Shown: positions 1 to 8,664 of the stretch, in pieces | How the letters are laid out: each line of letters starts with the position of its first letter | How positions within the stretch are numbered: the stretch's first letter is position 1 | NCBI GenBank assembly: GCA_017442155.1 | Contig: JAFSAU010000004.1 | Coordinates: forward strand, 404-64,403 | Source: Clostridia bacterium | Lineage (GTDB): Bacteria; Bacillota; Clostridia; UMGS1883; UMGS1540 | Reading direction: 5' to 3' | Length of the DNA stretch: 64,000 bases | Made by a program: the position numbers and the translations under genes | The notes under the pieces: model-generated | Told to the model about the DNA's origin: nothing | The model's database searches: none | What the model saw: the letters and a program-made list of their open reading frames with translations, nothing else

Positions 1-125
1 TTGCGCCAACGGTAGATGTATTGGCGATTCGTTTTGTAACGGATAGCAGCTTTCGTTACGCCATATTTTAGAGAATATTCAATTAATGCTTGCCTAAACC
101 TCATATCTTGTGTTATAGTGTTCAT
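1..125 (-). mobile_element. 5' end of an IS transposase gene (HTH N-terminus of an rve/DDE-type, IS481/IS3-like transposase); continues beyond window start
   Basis: Reverse-strand ATG at 125-123 preceded by AAGGAGA (revcomp of 134-140). Translation MNTITQDMRFRQALIEYSLKYGVTKAAIRYKTNRQYIYRWR stays open to position 1. The KYGV-KAA...RQYIYRWR HTH is typical of single-ORF DDE transposases of Firmicutes. Family assigned from memory of the motif only. Confidence 0.55.
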
Positions 126-315
126 ATACGGAATCTCCTTTGTGTGTATTTTGGTTGTGGTGACTTAACTATAACACAAATTTAAGAGGTTCCGTATATT
201 TTTTTGTAGAACATGCAATTTCTGTTATGAGCTTTGCTCGTAACAAAATTGCGTGTAGTGTAACACATCTATTGTAAACCTACACCTTTTTTTCGTAAAA
301 ATTTACTGTATTTAA

Positions 316-344
316 TTGACAAGATTGCTAAAGTATTATATAAT
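316..344 (+). promoter_or_regulatory. sigma-A type promoter, perfect consensus
   Basis: TTGACA (316-321), 17-nt spacer, TATAAT (339-344), 60 nt upstream of ATG 405. Confidence 0.6.
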
Positions 345-404
345 AACTAAAGTCAGAATGCTTTTTAATCTGAACGAACATTAAATTTTCAAGGGGGCTA
401 TATT

Positions 405-1142
405 ATGCAACTGATTAATATGTTTCATGACCAAATTGAAGATGCTGTAGAAAGAAAGGTACCGTTTGTCATTCCTATAGGGACTATTGAATACCATGCA
501 CATCACGCATCTTGCGGAACAGATACCATGGTAGTAAACGGATGTCTTCGTGAACTTGAGAAAGAAAAAGAGATAGTAATTTGTCCACCCATCTGGTATG
601 GGGTTGCTTCTTACGCCGTATGTGCGCCGAAACCGGACCATATACATGTTGATGAGGATACATATGCACAGTATTTATATTGCATTCTGAAATCCATGAT
701 TGCCGGCGGTATCAAAAACATCTATCTTGTTCCGCATCATCAGACAGAAGGCGCAGGTCTTATGCCAATGACGATTGCATGCCATAAGGCGGCAAAAAAA
801 GTTACAATGGAATATATGGAAGAAACCCTTGGTCAGGGTTGGTGGGGCAGCGATTCTTATGCTGACTATTATGAAAATCTCGGCGGCGGAGAAGACCCAT
901 TCTCATATATCAAGGTAATTCCTCTCATCGGTGCTGATGCACAGATAAAATGCGGTGGTTTCGACCATGCCGGCAAATGGGAGACAAGTCTCATGATGGG
1001 TACTTATCCTGAAAATGTTGATTTAAGCCGCTGCACCCAAAATACCGAATGGTTTGCAGAAAGTGCCAAAGAAGCATCTGAGGAAACCGGGAAACACATG
1101 GTTGCCTGTACGCTTGAATGGCTTCGTGATGCAATAAAATAA
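405..1142 (+). CDS. creatininase (creatinine amidohydrolase) family protein
   Basis: 245-aa ORF with a G-rich RBS (AAGGGGG) upstream of the ATG. N-terminal PFVIPIGTIEYHAHHASCGTDT resembles the E-x-H...GTD metal-site block of the creatininase family. Motif-level call. Confidence 0.55.
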   Translation: MQLINMFHDQIEDAVERKVPFVIPIGTIEYHAHHASCGTDTMVVNGCLRELEKEKEIVICPPIWYGVASYAVCAPKPDHIHVDEDTYAQYLYCILKSMIAGGIKNIYLVPHHQTEGAGLMPMTIACHKAAKKVTMEYMEETLGQGWWGSDSYADYYENLGGGEDPFSYIKVIPLIGADAQIKCGGFDHAGKWETSLMMGTYPENVDLSRCTQNTEWFAESAKEASEETGKHMVACTLEWLRDAIK

Positions 1143-1251
1143 TAGAACAAATCTATCTGCTTAGAAAGTTCCGGGGATGTGCCTGTTTCTGTGCGTTTCT
1201 CAAGAGGTTATAACAAGAGAAAATGTGCAATAACAGACACGTCCCCGAATC

Positions 1252-3474
1252 TCACTGCTTATTTTTTGCCCAATCGGAGGGCTTATCGCCCATAACAAAA
1301 TGAAGCTCGCCGCCTTCAAGGATCTGACTGTGGGTCATTTTGCAGGAATTGTATGCTTTTCCTTGCCATGTGGCGGATTGCACATAGATATTTTTGCCGC
1401 CCACATTCTCGCCTGTGATGGTAAGCTTTCTGCCGTTACCGAGACGGAAAACGATTTTTTCAAGTCTTGTACCGTGGAGATAATAATTTTCAGTTGTGGC
1501 AAAGGGGAACAGACCGCACATCAGGAAAATATAATAAGAGGACATGCCGCCGTTATCTTCATCACCCGGATAATCATCTTTTTGCGAAAAACGGGCAATC
1601 ACGCTGTCGATAACCTTTGCCGCAAGGTCGGGACGTCTGATTTCGTCAACGCAGAACAGCCACGGAATCTGGAAAGACGGTTCGTTTGTGAAATTCAGGT
1701 AGCCTTCTGCACCATGGTCATCATTATAATAGTTCTTGCTATGTTCACATGCCCAGAGAAGACGTTTTTCAAAAATTTCTGCACCACCCATTGTTTCAAT
1801 CAGACGCGGCACGTCGTTATAATTGATATAGGATGCATCCCAAGCCGTTGCTTCATAAAAATGAACATTATAACCGCCGTGGGCGTCGAAGTTTGCATCA
1901 AATGTACCGTCCTCATTCCGCCCCTGTGGAAATCCGGCAAAGCCTTCACTTTCCACATCGAAATTCCATACGTTTCGCCAGCTTGCGGCACGTTTTTCAT
2001 ATTTTTCATATTCTTCTTTTGTACCCAGTTCTTTGGCGACGGTCGCAATGGCTTTATCATTTACCGCAAACCCTAACGTGGAAGAGCCGGGTTTAAATCT
2101 TCTGGAATACGGCAAGCCTGTAACGGTTTTTGCATTTTTGGTGGCAAAACCTTTGGTGACATATTCTGCAGAACGCATTTTTTCCGCACTTGCCATAAGA
2201 ACCTTATAGGCTTCCTCCCAGGTATGCTTTTGGAGTACAATGCCTTTGAGGTAGGCATCCGCAATCACATTATCCACGTCATTGCCGCCCTGGCCGGGAA
2301 GAAATTCTGCCGCCGTCATATACTGGTCGCCTAATACGATGCCGTTATCTTTTTCTTCATTTTCCAAAGCTCTGTCAATAAATGAATCAATAATTGTGCC
2401 TGCTTTTTCGGGGTAAAGCAGGGAGTACATGGGGAATACGGTTTTCCATGTATCCCAAATGGTATGAAAATCATCCCATTTGCCGTGGTCCATTGTGCGG
2501 TCACGGGGCTGAATGTTCATATGATACATGGCGGTGTAAAAGCGGCGCAGCAGTGCCTTATCATCGGTTTGAAGGGCAATGGCGTTTAAAACATTTTCCC
2601 ATTTATCGCGTGCTTTTTCCATCACAGCACTGTAATCAAAGCCGGGGATTTCCTCGTGCAGATACTGTAAGGCCCTTTCGGCACTGACAAAAGAAATTGC
2701 AATTTTTACGTGCATGTTTAAAGTTTGGGAAGGTGTACCAAATTTAACGAACACACCAAAAGGGGTTAAATCCGTAATGGTGACGGTAGTAGCATCGGAA
2801 TGCACGCAAATGGCATTCCCTTTAAATGTGCCGATTTCCGTATAGTCTGTGTCAAACTCCAACGCAAAAAACATTTCCCAATCGGTTTCATTCCAGTTGC
2901 CGCAACATAAACCGCCGCCGTAAACCAATTTCTTTTCGGGCTGGACTGTAATATACCCTTTTTTCATGCAGGCTTCCATATCTAACTTTCTTGCCGCATC
3001 CAAAAGAAAAGAGGCTTCTTTGCCGGCAGGATAGGAAAAGCTATGGATAGCGGCATTGTGAGAAGGAGTGACACGTGCTTCGATTCCGTTTTGCAGTTTT
3101 ACAGAATATTCATAACATTTTGCCTTTTCGGTGCCTTCTACGGCAAATTCTGCACGTGCAGTATCCCGGAGTTTTACAGTGCCTGTCATGGGTGCAAGAA
3201 GAAAATTGCCGTAGCATTTTACACCGCCCGAACCGGACGTGTACGCATGGCCAAAACCTACAATGGGTTGATTTCTCGTGTATCCGCCGCAGTCCTTTTC
3301 CAGTGTTTCGGGGCTGGGATGAATAGAACCTGCGGGCAGGGTGGGGCCTGCCGAGGTGGCACTGCCGACACCGAACAGAGGGTCTGCATATTCGGCATAA
3401 TTCTGCGCCGGTTTTTCCTGCTCATTTTCGTTACTTTTCTCTACAAGATGCGCTAAACATTTCCGTACATTCAT
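1252..3474 (-). CDS. GH92 family alpha-mannosidase, no signal peptide
   Basis: 740-aa ORF, RBS AAGGAGA. GFGHAYTSGSGG, FYTAMYHMNIQP, FTNEPSFQIPWLF and PGDEDNGGMSSYYIF correspond to conserved GH92 blocks. The N-terminus is hydrophilic. Confidence 0.75.
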   Translation of the reverse strand: MNVRKCLAHLVEKSNENEQEKPAQNYAEYADPLFGVGSATSAGPTLPAGSIHPSPETLEKDCGGYTRNQPIVGFGHAYTSGSGGVKCYGNFLLAPMTGTVKLRDTARAEFAVEGTEKAKCYEYSVKLQNGIEARVTPSHNAAIHSFSYPAGKEASFLLDAARKLDMEACMKKGYITVQPEKKLVYGGGLCCGNWNETDWEMFFALEFDTDYTEIGTFKGNAICVHSDATTVTITDLTPFGVFVKFGTPSQTLNMHVKIAISFVSAERALQYLHEEIPGFDYSAVMEKARDKWENVLNAIALQTDDKALLRRFYTAMYHMNIQPRDRTMDHGKWDDFHTIWDTWKTVFPMYSLLYPEKAGTIIDSFIDRALENEEKDNGIVLGDQYMTAAEFLPGQGGNDVDNVIADAYLKGIVLQKHTWEEAYKVLMASAEKMRSAEYVTKGFATKNAKTVTGLPYSRRFKPGSSTLGFAVNDKAIATVAKELGTKEEYEKYEKRAASWRNVWNFDVESEGFAGFPQGRNEDGTFDANFDAHGGYNVHFYEATAWDASYINYNDVPRLIETMGGAEIFEKRLLWACEHSKNYYNDDHGAEGYLNFTNEPSFQIPWLFCVDEIRRPDLAAKVIDSVIARFSQKDDYPGDEDNGGMSSYYIFLMCGLFPFATTENYYLHGTRLEKIVFRLGNGRKLTITGENVGGKNIYVQSATWQGKAYNSCKMTHSQILEGGELHFVMGDKPSDWAKNKQ

Positions 3475-3580
3475 AATTTTCTCCTTACAGGATGAAACAG
3501 GGTGTTTCTTTTTTCTCTATAATATCATAAAGATGTGTGAAATGCAAGAATTTAATTCTTTGAATTTTGAAGCAAAAGTA

Positions 3581-3609
3581 TTGACAAAGTTTTTGCTGGA
3601 TGGTAGAAT
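3581..3609 (+). promoter_or_regulatory. sigma-A type promoter with extended -10
   Basis: TTGACA (3581-3586), 17 nt, TAGAAT (3604-3609), with TG at 3601-3602. It lies inside the 5' extension of the ORF-track call starting at 3533, which supports the 3662 start. Confidence 0.55.
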
Positions 3610-3661
3610 AAATTCACTTGGCGCAGCGACCGCAACAATGGTGATATCAGGCGAAAGGAAG

Positions 3662-4492
3662 ATGGGGAACATGGGAAGATTCGATGGAATGTTAATTTGT
3701 ACGGATCTTGACGGAACTTTGTTAAAAAATGATAAAACCATATCTTATGAGAATATGGAAGCGATAGAATATTTTAAACAAGAAGGCGGATATTTTACCT
3801 TTGTTACCGGAAGAATGCCATTCTTTGTTTCATATATTACAGATACCATAAAGCCAAACGCCCCCTTTGGATGTATCAATGGAGGCGGACTTTTTGATTG
3901 GGTTAAAGAAGAATATGTTTGGACAGCGGTTATGCCGGATACCGTAATTGAACTTGTTAAACATATTGACGATAACTTTCCGGATGTAGGCATCCAGGTT
4001 AATACCTTTTATAAAACCTATTTTTGCAAAGAAAATCAAACAATGAAAAATTTCAGAAAAAGAACAAAGCTTGAAAATATTGTTTGTCATTATAATGATG
4101 TGAAGGAACCAATCGCTAAAATTCTTTTCGGAAGTGAAAACGAGCAAGAAATTAAAAATATAGAGAAAATGTTGAAGTCTCACCCTTTAGCGAACGGGTT
4201 CGATTTTATACGTTCTGAAAAAACATTATATGAGATTTTGCCCAAAGGAATTGGAAAGGGAACGTCGGTCAAAAATCTTTGTCGTCACTTAAACATTGAT
4301 GTTAATAAAACCATTGCAATAGGTGATTACAACAATGATATTTCCATGTTTAAAGCGTCGGGGATCGGAATTGCAGTTTCCAATGCGTGCGATGAAGCTT
4401 TAGCAGAGGCTGATTTTATAACTGTAAGCAATGAAGAACATGCAATTGCCAGAGTGATTTATGATCTGGAATCCGGGAAATATGCTTTGTGA
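3662..4492 (+). CDS. Cof-type HAD-IIB phosphatase
   Basis: ATG 3662 is preceded by AAAGGAAG. MLICTDLDGTLL (DxDGT motif I) and IGDYNNDISMF (motif IV) are present. Confidence 0.8.
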   Translation: MGNMGRFDGMLICTDLDGTLLKNDKTISYENMEAIEYFKQEGGYFTFVTGRMPFFVSYITDTIKPNAPFGCINGGGLFDWVKEEYVWTAVMPDTVIELVKHIDDNFPDVGIQVNTFYKTYFCKENQTMKNFRKRTKLENIVCHYNDVKEPIAKILFGSENEQEIKNIEKMLKSHPLANGFDFIRSEKTLYEILPKGIGKGTSVKNLCRHLNIDVNKTIAIGDYNNDISMFKASGIGIAVSNACDEALAEADFITVSNEEHAIARVIYDLESGKYAL

Positions 4493-4557
4493 AAAATCGA
4501 CACACCTTGATTCGGAGCTGTAATGTATACGAAAGACAGATATGGGAGACAGGAACA

Positions 4558-5430
4558 ATGAAGAAAATGGGGTTACTTTATATAATATTGGCAAGCGTCC
4601 TGTGGGGGACGAGCGGAATTTTTGTGGACCGGCTGGCACCGTACGGAATCACTTCCCTCCAGATGACGTTTATCAGAGGTTTGATAGCTTTCGTTTGTAT
4701 GGGCGTGTATGTGCTGATAGTGGACAAAAGCATCGTCAGAACGAATTTTAAGGAAATTCTCTTGTTTATGGGAAGCGGAGTTTCCTTTTTTCTGACGGCA
4801 AGCTGTTACTACCAATCCATGCAGCTGACGTCTGTTTCAACAGCGGTTGTGCTCATGTATACGGCACCTATATTTGTAATGATCTATTCTGTGGCGTTTT
4901 TAGGGGAAAAGCTTAGTCCGCTCAAGCTGTTTGCAGTCATTGGTATGATTGTGGGGTGCGGACTTGTTTCGGGCATCATCGGCGGATTTAAAGTGCATCC
5001 GGTGGGAATTGCAATCGGGTTTTTGTCAGGAATATCCTATGCGGCGTATAATATATTTACAAAAATTGAAATGCAAAAGGGGATTAACCCTGTAAAGGCA
5101 AACTTCTACTGTTTTCTGTGCAGTATTCTTGTGGGAGCGGTGGCAGCAAGACCTGCAGGGATTGTTGATTGCATCGGACTGAATCCTCCGACGGTGATTT
5201 TCCTTTCTGTAGGTGTGGGTATAGTTGCCTGTATTCTTCCGTATTTCCTTTATACAAAGGCACTCCAGGTGATTCCGGCGGGGACAGCGACGTCCTTAGG
5301 AATTTTAGAGCCTATGGCAGCCACGATTTTCAGTGTGCTGATATTGGGTGAGAAGCTTTCGGCGTATTCTGTAGCCGGAATTGTTCTGATTTTAGGCATG
5401 GTCTTTCTTCTCAGCAGAGAAAAGCAATAA
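4558..5430 (+). CDS. EamA/DMT family transporter
   Basis: ATG 4558 gives MKKMGLLYIILASVLWGTSGIF. The protein is hydrophobic throughout, with two EamA-like halves. The 4489 start would add a non-hydrophobic leader overlapping the upstream gene. Confidence 0.8.
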   Translation: MKKMGLLYIILASVLWGTSGIFVDRLAPYGITSLQMTFIRGLIAFVCMGVYVLIVDKSIVRTNFKEILLFMGSGVSFFLTASCYYQSMQLTSVSTAVVLMYTAPIFVMIYSVAFLGEKLSPLKLFAVIGMIVGCGLVSGIIGGFKVHPVGIAIGFLSGISYAAYNIFTKIEMQKGINPVKANFYCFLCSILVGAVAARPAGIVDCIGLNPPTVIFLSVGVGIVACILPYFLYTKALQVIPAGTATSLGILEPMAATIFSVLILGEKLSAYSVAGIVLILGMVFLLSREKQ

Positions 5431-5446
5431 GATAGTGTAAAAATAT

Positions 5447-5480
5447 GGAGATGTAAAAAATTGAGTTTTTTTACATCTCC
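5447..5480. terminator. bidirectional hairpin between convergent genes
   Basis: GGAGATGTAAAAA / TTTTTACATCTCC, a 13-bp stem with a short loop, located between the EamA (+) and ADH (-) stop codons. Confidence 0.5.
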
Positions 5481-5534
5481 TGCTTTATGCACTGTTTTTT
5501 AGTCTTTTTGCGTTCCGGACTTTTTTACAGCCCG

Positions 5535-6578
5535 TCACCTATTTTTTATAATTACAAGTCCTTTTATCACGTCTCCCCGTTTGACGGCTTCATAGGCCTC
5601 CGGTACACAATCAAAATCCCATTTGTGCGTTAAAAACAAGTCGGTTTGTATTTTGTCCTCCCGCAAGAGTGTACACACAGTGTCCAGTGCACCTTTTACG
5701 TCCGGAGAAATTCGTTTACATACAAAGTTTTCGGGGAAGCCTCTGAGATGCATGGTATAGGGCTGATGCGGTACGGCATACACCGCAAGCATACCGCCCT
5801 CCCGCAGATAAGGTAATCCGTTTTCAAAAACCTGCCAGTTGCCGGAGCACTCGAATACAATGTCTGCACCGCCACTTTTCCGGAGATATTCACTGATACT
5901 GTCAGTGTCCGTGAAGCCTTTATCTGCACCACATTGCAGAGCTACATCCACCCTCGATTGCCGACGGCCGAGGCATATCACCTCATCCGCACCGAAGATT
6001 TTTGCAAAATATGTAAAGAAATAGCCCACAACGCCGGTCCCGATTACAACGATTCTTTTTCTTTGCAGATTGCCTGCCTGCCGAATGGCTCCGGCAGTTT
6101 CTGCAAGCGGAAAAACAAGTGCGGCCTTCTCTACTGAAAAATCCGCAGGAATAATCTGATTCGCTGCATATCTGCCACGATAGGCATTTCGGGCATCCAG
6201 CTTCCCGCCGTCTCCAAGGTATGCCTCCAGATCTCCGACAACGCCATGCGTGGCAAAACCGCCCCATGTGGAATAGTATGTACCGTTATATCCTTTCACA
6301 ACAGCATTTGAACAAATGACCCGGTCGCCGACTTTGTATTTTTTCACCCGGCTTCCTACCGCAATTATCTTTCCAAAGCTTTCATGGCCGAATAGGACGG
6401 GATAGTCCGGTGTGGCGAATAAGTTTTCTATAACCATTTTATCCGTTGTGTTGCAAAAAACACAGCCTTCGTTTTCTACCAAAGCCTCATATTCATTTAT
6501 TTCCGGAAACGGAAGTGTTATTTTTTCGATGACACCTTTTCGGGTTGCGGCGTATGCTTCTATTACTTTTTTATTCAT
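5535..6578 (-). CDS. zinc-dependent MDR alcohol/polyol dehydrogenase
   Basis: 347 aa, RBS AAGAGGTG. LFGHESFGKIIAVG (GHE zinc motif) and VVIGTGVVGYF (Rossmann glycine motif) are present. Confidence 0.75.
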   Translation of the reverse strand: MNKKVIEAYAATRKGVIEKITLPFPEINEYEALVENEGCVFCNTTDKMVIENLFATPDYPVLFGHESFGKIIAVGSRVKKYKVGDRVICSNAVVKGYNGTYYSTWGGFATHGVVGDLEAYLGDGGKLDARNAYRGRYAANQIIPADFSVEKAALVFPLAETAGAIRQAGNLQRKRIVVIGTGVVGYFFTYFAKIFGADEVICLGRRQSRVDVALQCGADKGFTDTDSISEYLRKSGGADIVFECSGNWQVFENGLPYLREGGMLAVYAVPHQPYTMHLRGFPENFVCKRISPDVKGALDTVCTLLREDKIQTDLFLTHKWDFDCVPEAYEAVKRGDVIKGLVIIKNR

Positions 6579-6691
6579 TTCTACACCTCTTTCTCTCTTA
6601 CGGAATGCTTTTTGTGACTATAGTATATATTCAAAGATAAGTAATTGTAAGAAAAAAGGGTTGGAGGCTTCAAAACTGCCATTTTTGTTGC

Positions 6692-6877
6692 TTATCTCTT
6701 AAAATCGGCAGGCGATACCCCCGTGATTTTTTTAAAGACATGACTGAAATAAAAGGCATTGTCAAAGCCGCACTTCTGTGCAATTTCCTGCATGGTAAAA
6801 ACGCCGGAAATCAAAAACGCATCTGTACGCCGACAAAGATAGGAAAACGGTTCTTCACCAACATCCCCTCCAAGTAA
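6692..6877 (-). pseudogene. C-terminal remnant of an AraC-family regulator (second HTH only)
   Basis: The reverse frame is open for 61 codons (6877-6695): LLGGDVGEEPFSYLCRRTDAFLISGVFTMQEIAQKCGFDNAFYFSHVFKKITGVSPADFKR, stop at 6694-6692. This is the canonical AraC C-terminal HTH. The frame is closed by TAA immediately upstream (6880-6878). There is no start codon or RBS apart from an internal ATG that would give 33 aa. Confidence 0.6.
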
Positions 6878-7086
6878 TTATAACACAAATTTGTTATTTT
6901 GTCTATTGAAAAACGAAAAATATAAAGAAAAAGTCGTTTGTACGTATGTCTGTGTTTTCGGATGAACATTTTCAACGGCGGATGAGGTGGAATCCAAGTG
7001 GGGAGATGGAATATCTTACTGCACTGTTCATATTGATTGCCTTTCGTACCTTTTTGCGCTCCGGATATTTTTAACACCTCTTTTGC

Positions 7087-7115
7087 TTGCAATTTATTCC
7101 CCGATGTGATATACT
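7087..7115 (+). promoter_or_regulatory. sigma-A type promoter with extended -10
   Basis: TTGCAA (7087-7092), 17 nt, TATACT (7110-7115), with TG at 7107-7108. It lies 30 nt upstream of ATG 7145. Confidence 0.55.
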
Positions 7116-7144
7116 CAAAGAAAACTTAAAAAGGGGAGAGGGCA

Positions 7145-7930
7145 ATGAATATGGAGCGGTACCGCCGGAAGGATGTAAAAGAGGAGACGAACAGGAAACC
7201 GTATCTCGGAAGAATAGAACCCTTTAAAATTGTGGGGAATGTCTACTTTGTAGGTACATATCAGGCGTCGGCACATCTGATTGATACCGGAGAGGGGTTA
7301 ATTCTCATTGATACGGGTTACGAAAACACCACATATCTTCTGGTGCAGTCCATCTGGGAGCTTGGATTCAGTACAAAAGATATAAAATATATTATCAATA
7401 CCCACTGGCATTGGGACCACACTGAGGGGTCCGAGGCACTGGCCTGGCTTTCGGGTGCAAAAAATCTCATCGGCGAGTTTGACAGGGACATGGTATTGGA
7501 AAAGGGATATTTTGTACCGGACGGCATAATCCGGGACGGAGATATCCTTTCGCTCGGCAACACCACGATTCGTTTTTTGCATACCCCGGGACATACGAAG
7601 GGAACAATTTCGCTGTTCTTTGAAACGGAGGAAAACGGAAAAACGTATTCGGTCGGTATGTTCGGCGGAGCCGGCGTGGCCACACTGGAGGTGGGGAATC
7701 ATACCTATTACGAGGGATGCCGGGAGGATTATTTTTCCAGTCTTGCACGGCTTGGGGAGGAGCATGTGGATGTATTCATTGGAAACCACTGCTGGAATAA
7801 TCTGACGAAGGAAAAGGGAGAAATTCTGCGCTGCGGCGGCGAAAACCCGTTTGTTGATGAAACGGGGTGGCCCGACTTTCTGGCCTTTTGCAGAGAGGCT
7901 GCGCTCGAAAAGACAGGAGGAGAAAAATGA
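7145..7930 (+). CDS. MBL-fold metallo-hydrolase
   Basis: 261 aa, RBS GGGGAGAGGG. INTHWHWDHTEG (HxHxDH) and HTPGHT motifs are present. Confidence 0.8.
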   Translation: MNMERYRRKDVKEETNRKPYLGRIEPFKIVGNVYFVGTYQASAHLIDTGEGLILIDTGYENTTYLLVQSIWELGFSTKDIKYIINTHWHWDHTEGSEALAWLSGAKNLIGEFDRDMVLEKGYFVPDGIIRDGDILSLGNTTIRFLHTPGHTKGTISLFFETEENGKTYSVGMFGGAGVATLEVGNHTYYEGCREDYFSSLARLGEEHVDVFIGNHCWNNLTKEKGEILRCGGENPFVDETGWPDFLAFCREAALEKTGGEK

Positions 7931-8568
7931 CAACGGTACTGCTTGTGCGCCACGGCGAAAGCCAGGCAAACCGACATGGCGTTTTTGCCGGGCAGATTGA
8001 TATAGATTTAGAGGAAAGAGGAGAGCTGCAGGCAGAAAAAACGGCCCGTTTTATAAAGGAAAACTACAAGGTGGACCGTGTGTATGCCAGCGATTTGATA
8101 CGGGCACACCGCACGGGTCAGGCTGTGGCAGATGCGGTGGGCCTGCCGTTGGAAACAGATGTCGCCTTACGGGAGATTTATGCCGGAGAATGGGAGAATG
8201 TTCCCTTTAAGACTTTGGAAGAAAATTTTGCGGAGGACTGGCACGTCTGGTGTACGGACCTTGGCCGCAGTCGCTGTACAGGCGGTGAATCAGTGGCAGA
8301 GCTGGGAGAACGGATCATGAAAGCGGTGAAGCGGCTTGCGGAGGAAAACGGGGGGAAAACCATCGTTATTGCCACCCATGCTACTCCTGTCCGCGCAATG
8401 CAGTGCCTGGTGGAAACCGGCGATATCACAAATATGAAGGAGTATGCCTGGGTTTCCAATGCCTCTGTTTCGGAATTTTTTTATGAAGCGGGGACATGGC
8501 GCATCGGCAGGGTGAGTCAGGACGAGCATCTGTCGGAGCTTGTCACCGGATTACCCCAAGGCGTATAA
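7927..8568 (+). CDS. histidine phosphatase (phosphoglycerate-mutase-like) family protein
   Basis: ATG 7927 overlaps the upstream stop (ATGA) and follows AGGAGGAG. It gives MTTVLLVRHGESQANR, containing the RHG catalytic motif. Confidence 0.8.
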   Translation: MTTVLLVRHGESQANRHGVFAGQIDIDLEERGELQAEKTARFIKENYKVDRVYASDLIRAHRTGQAVADAVGLPLETDVALREIYAGEWENVPFKTLEENFAEDWHVWCTDLGRSRCTGGESVAELGERIMKAVKRLAEENGGKTIVIATHATPVRAMQCLVETGDITNMKEYAWVSNASVSEFFYEAGTWRIGRVSQDEHLSELVTGLPQGV

Positions 8569-8664
8569 AGGTGTATTTTGTTATAGTTTTTGCCCCTATT
8601 GGCCGAGAAACCGTAGGGGCTTTAGTGTATACTGTTTTAAAAAACAGAAAAGGACGTGGTGACC

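Noticed and set aside
170-183. 14-nt exact match TATAACACAAATTT between the transposase leader (170-183) and the AraC-remnant breakpoint (6879-6892), considered as proof of a second IS end
   Set aside because: A few 14-mer matches are expected by chance among all position pairs in a 64-kb window, and no further similarity extends on either side. It is mentioned only as a weak hint in the pseudogene finding.
6811-7092. 93-aa minus-strand ORF upstream of the AraC remnant
   Set aside because: It has no RBS and a low-complexity basic sequence. It reads through the promoter of the MBL gene and is out of frame with the AraC remnant. The region is best treated as non-coding.
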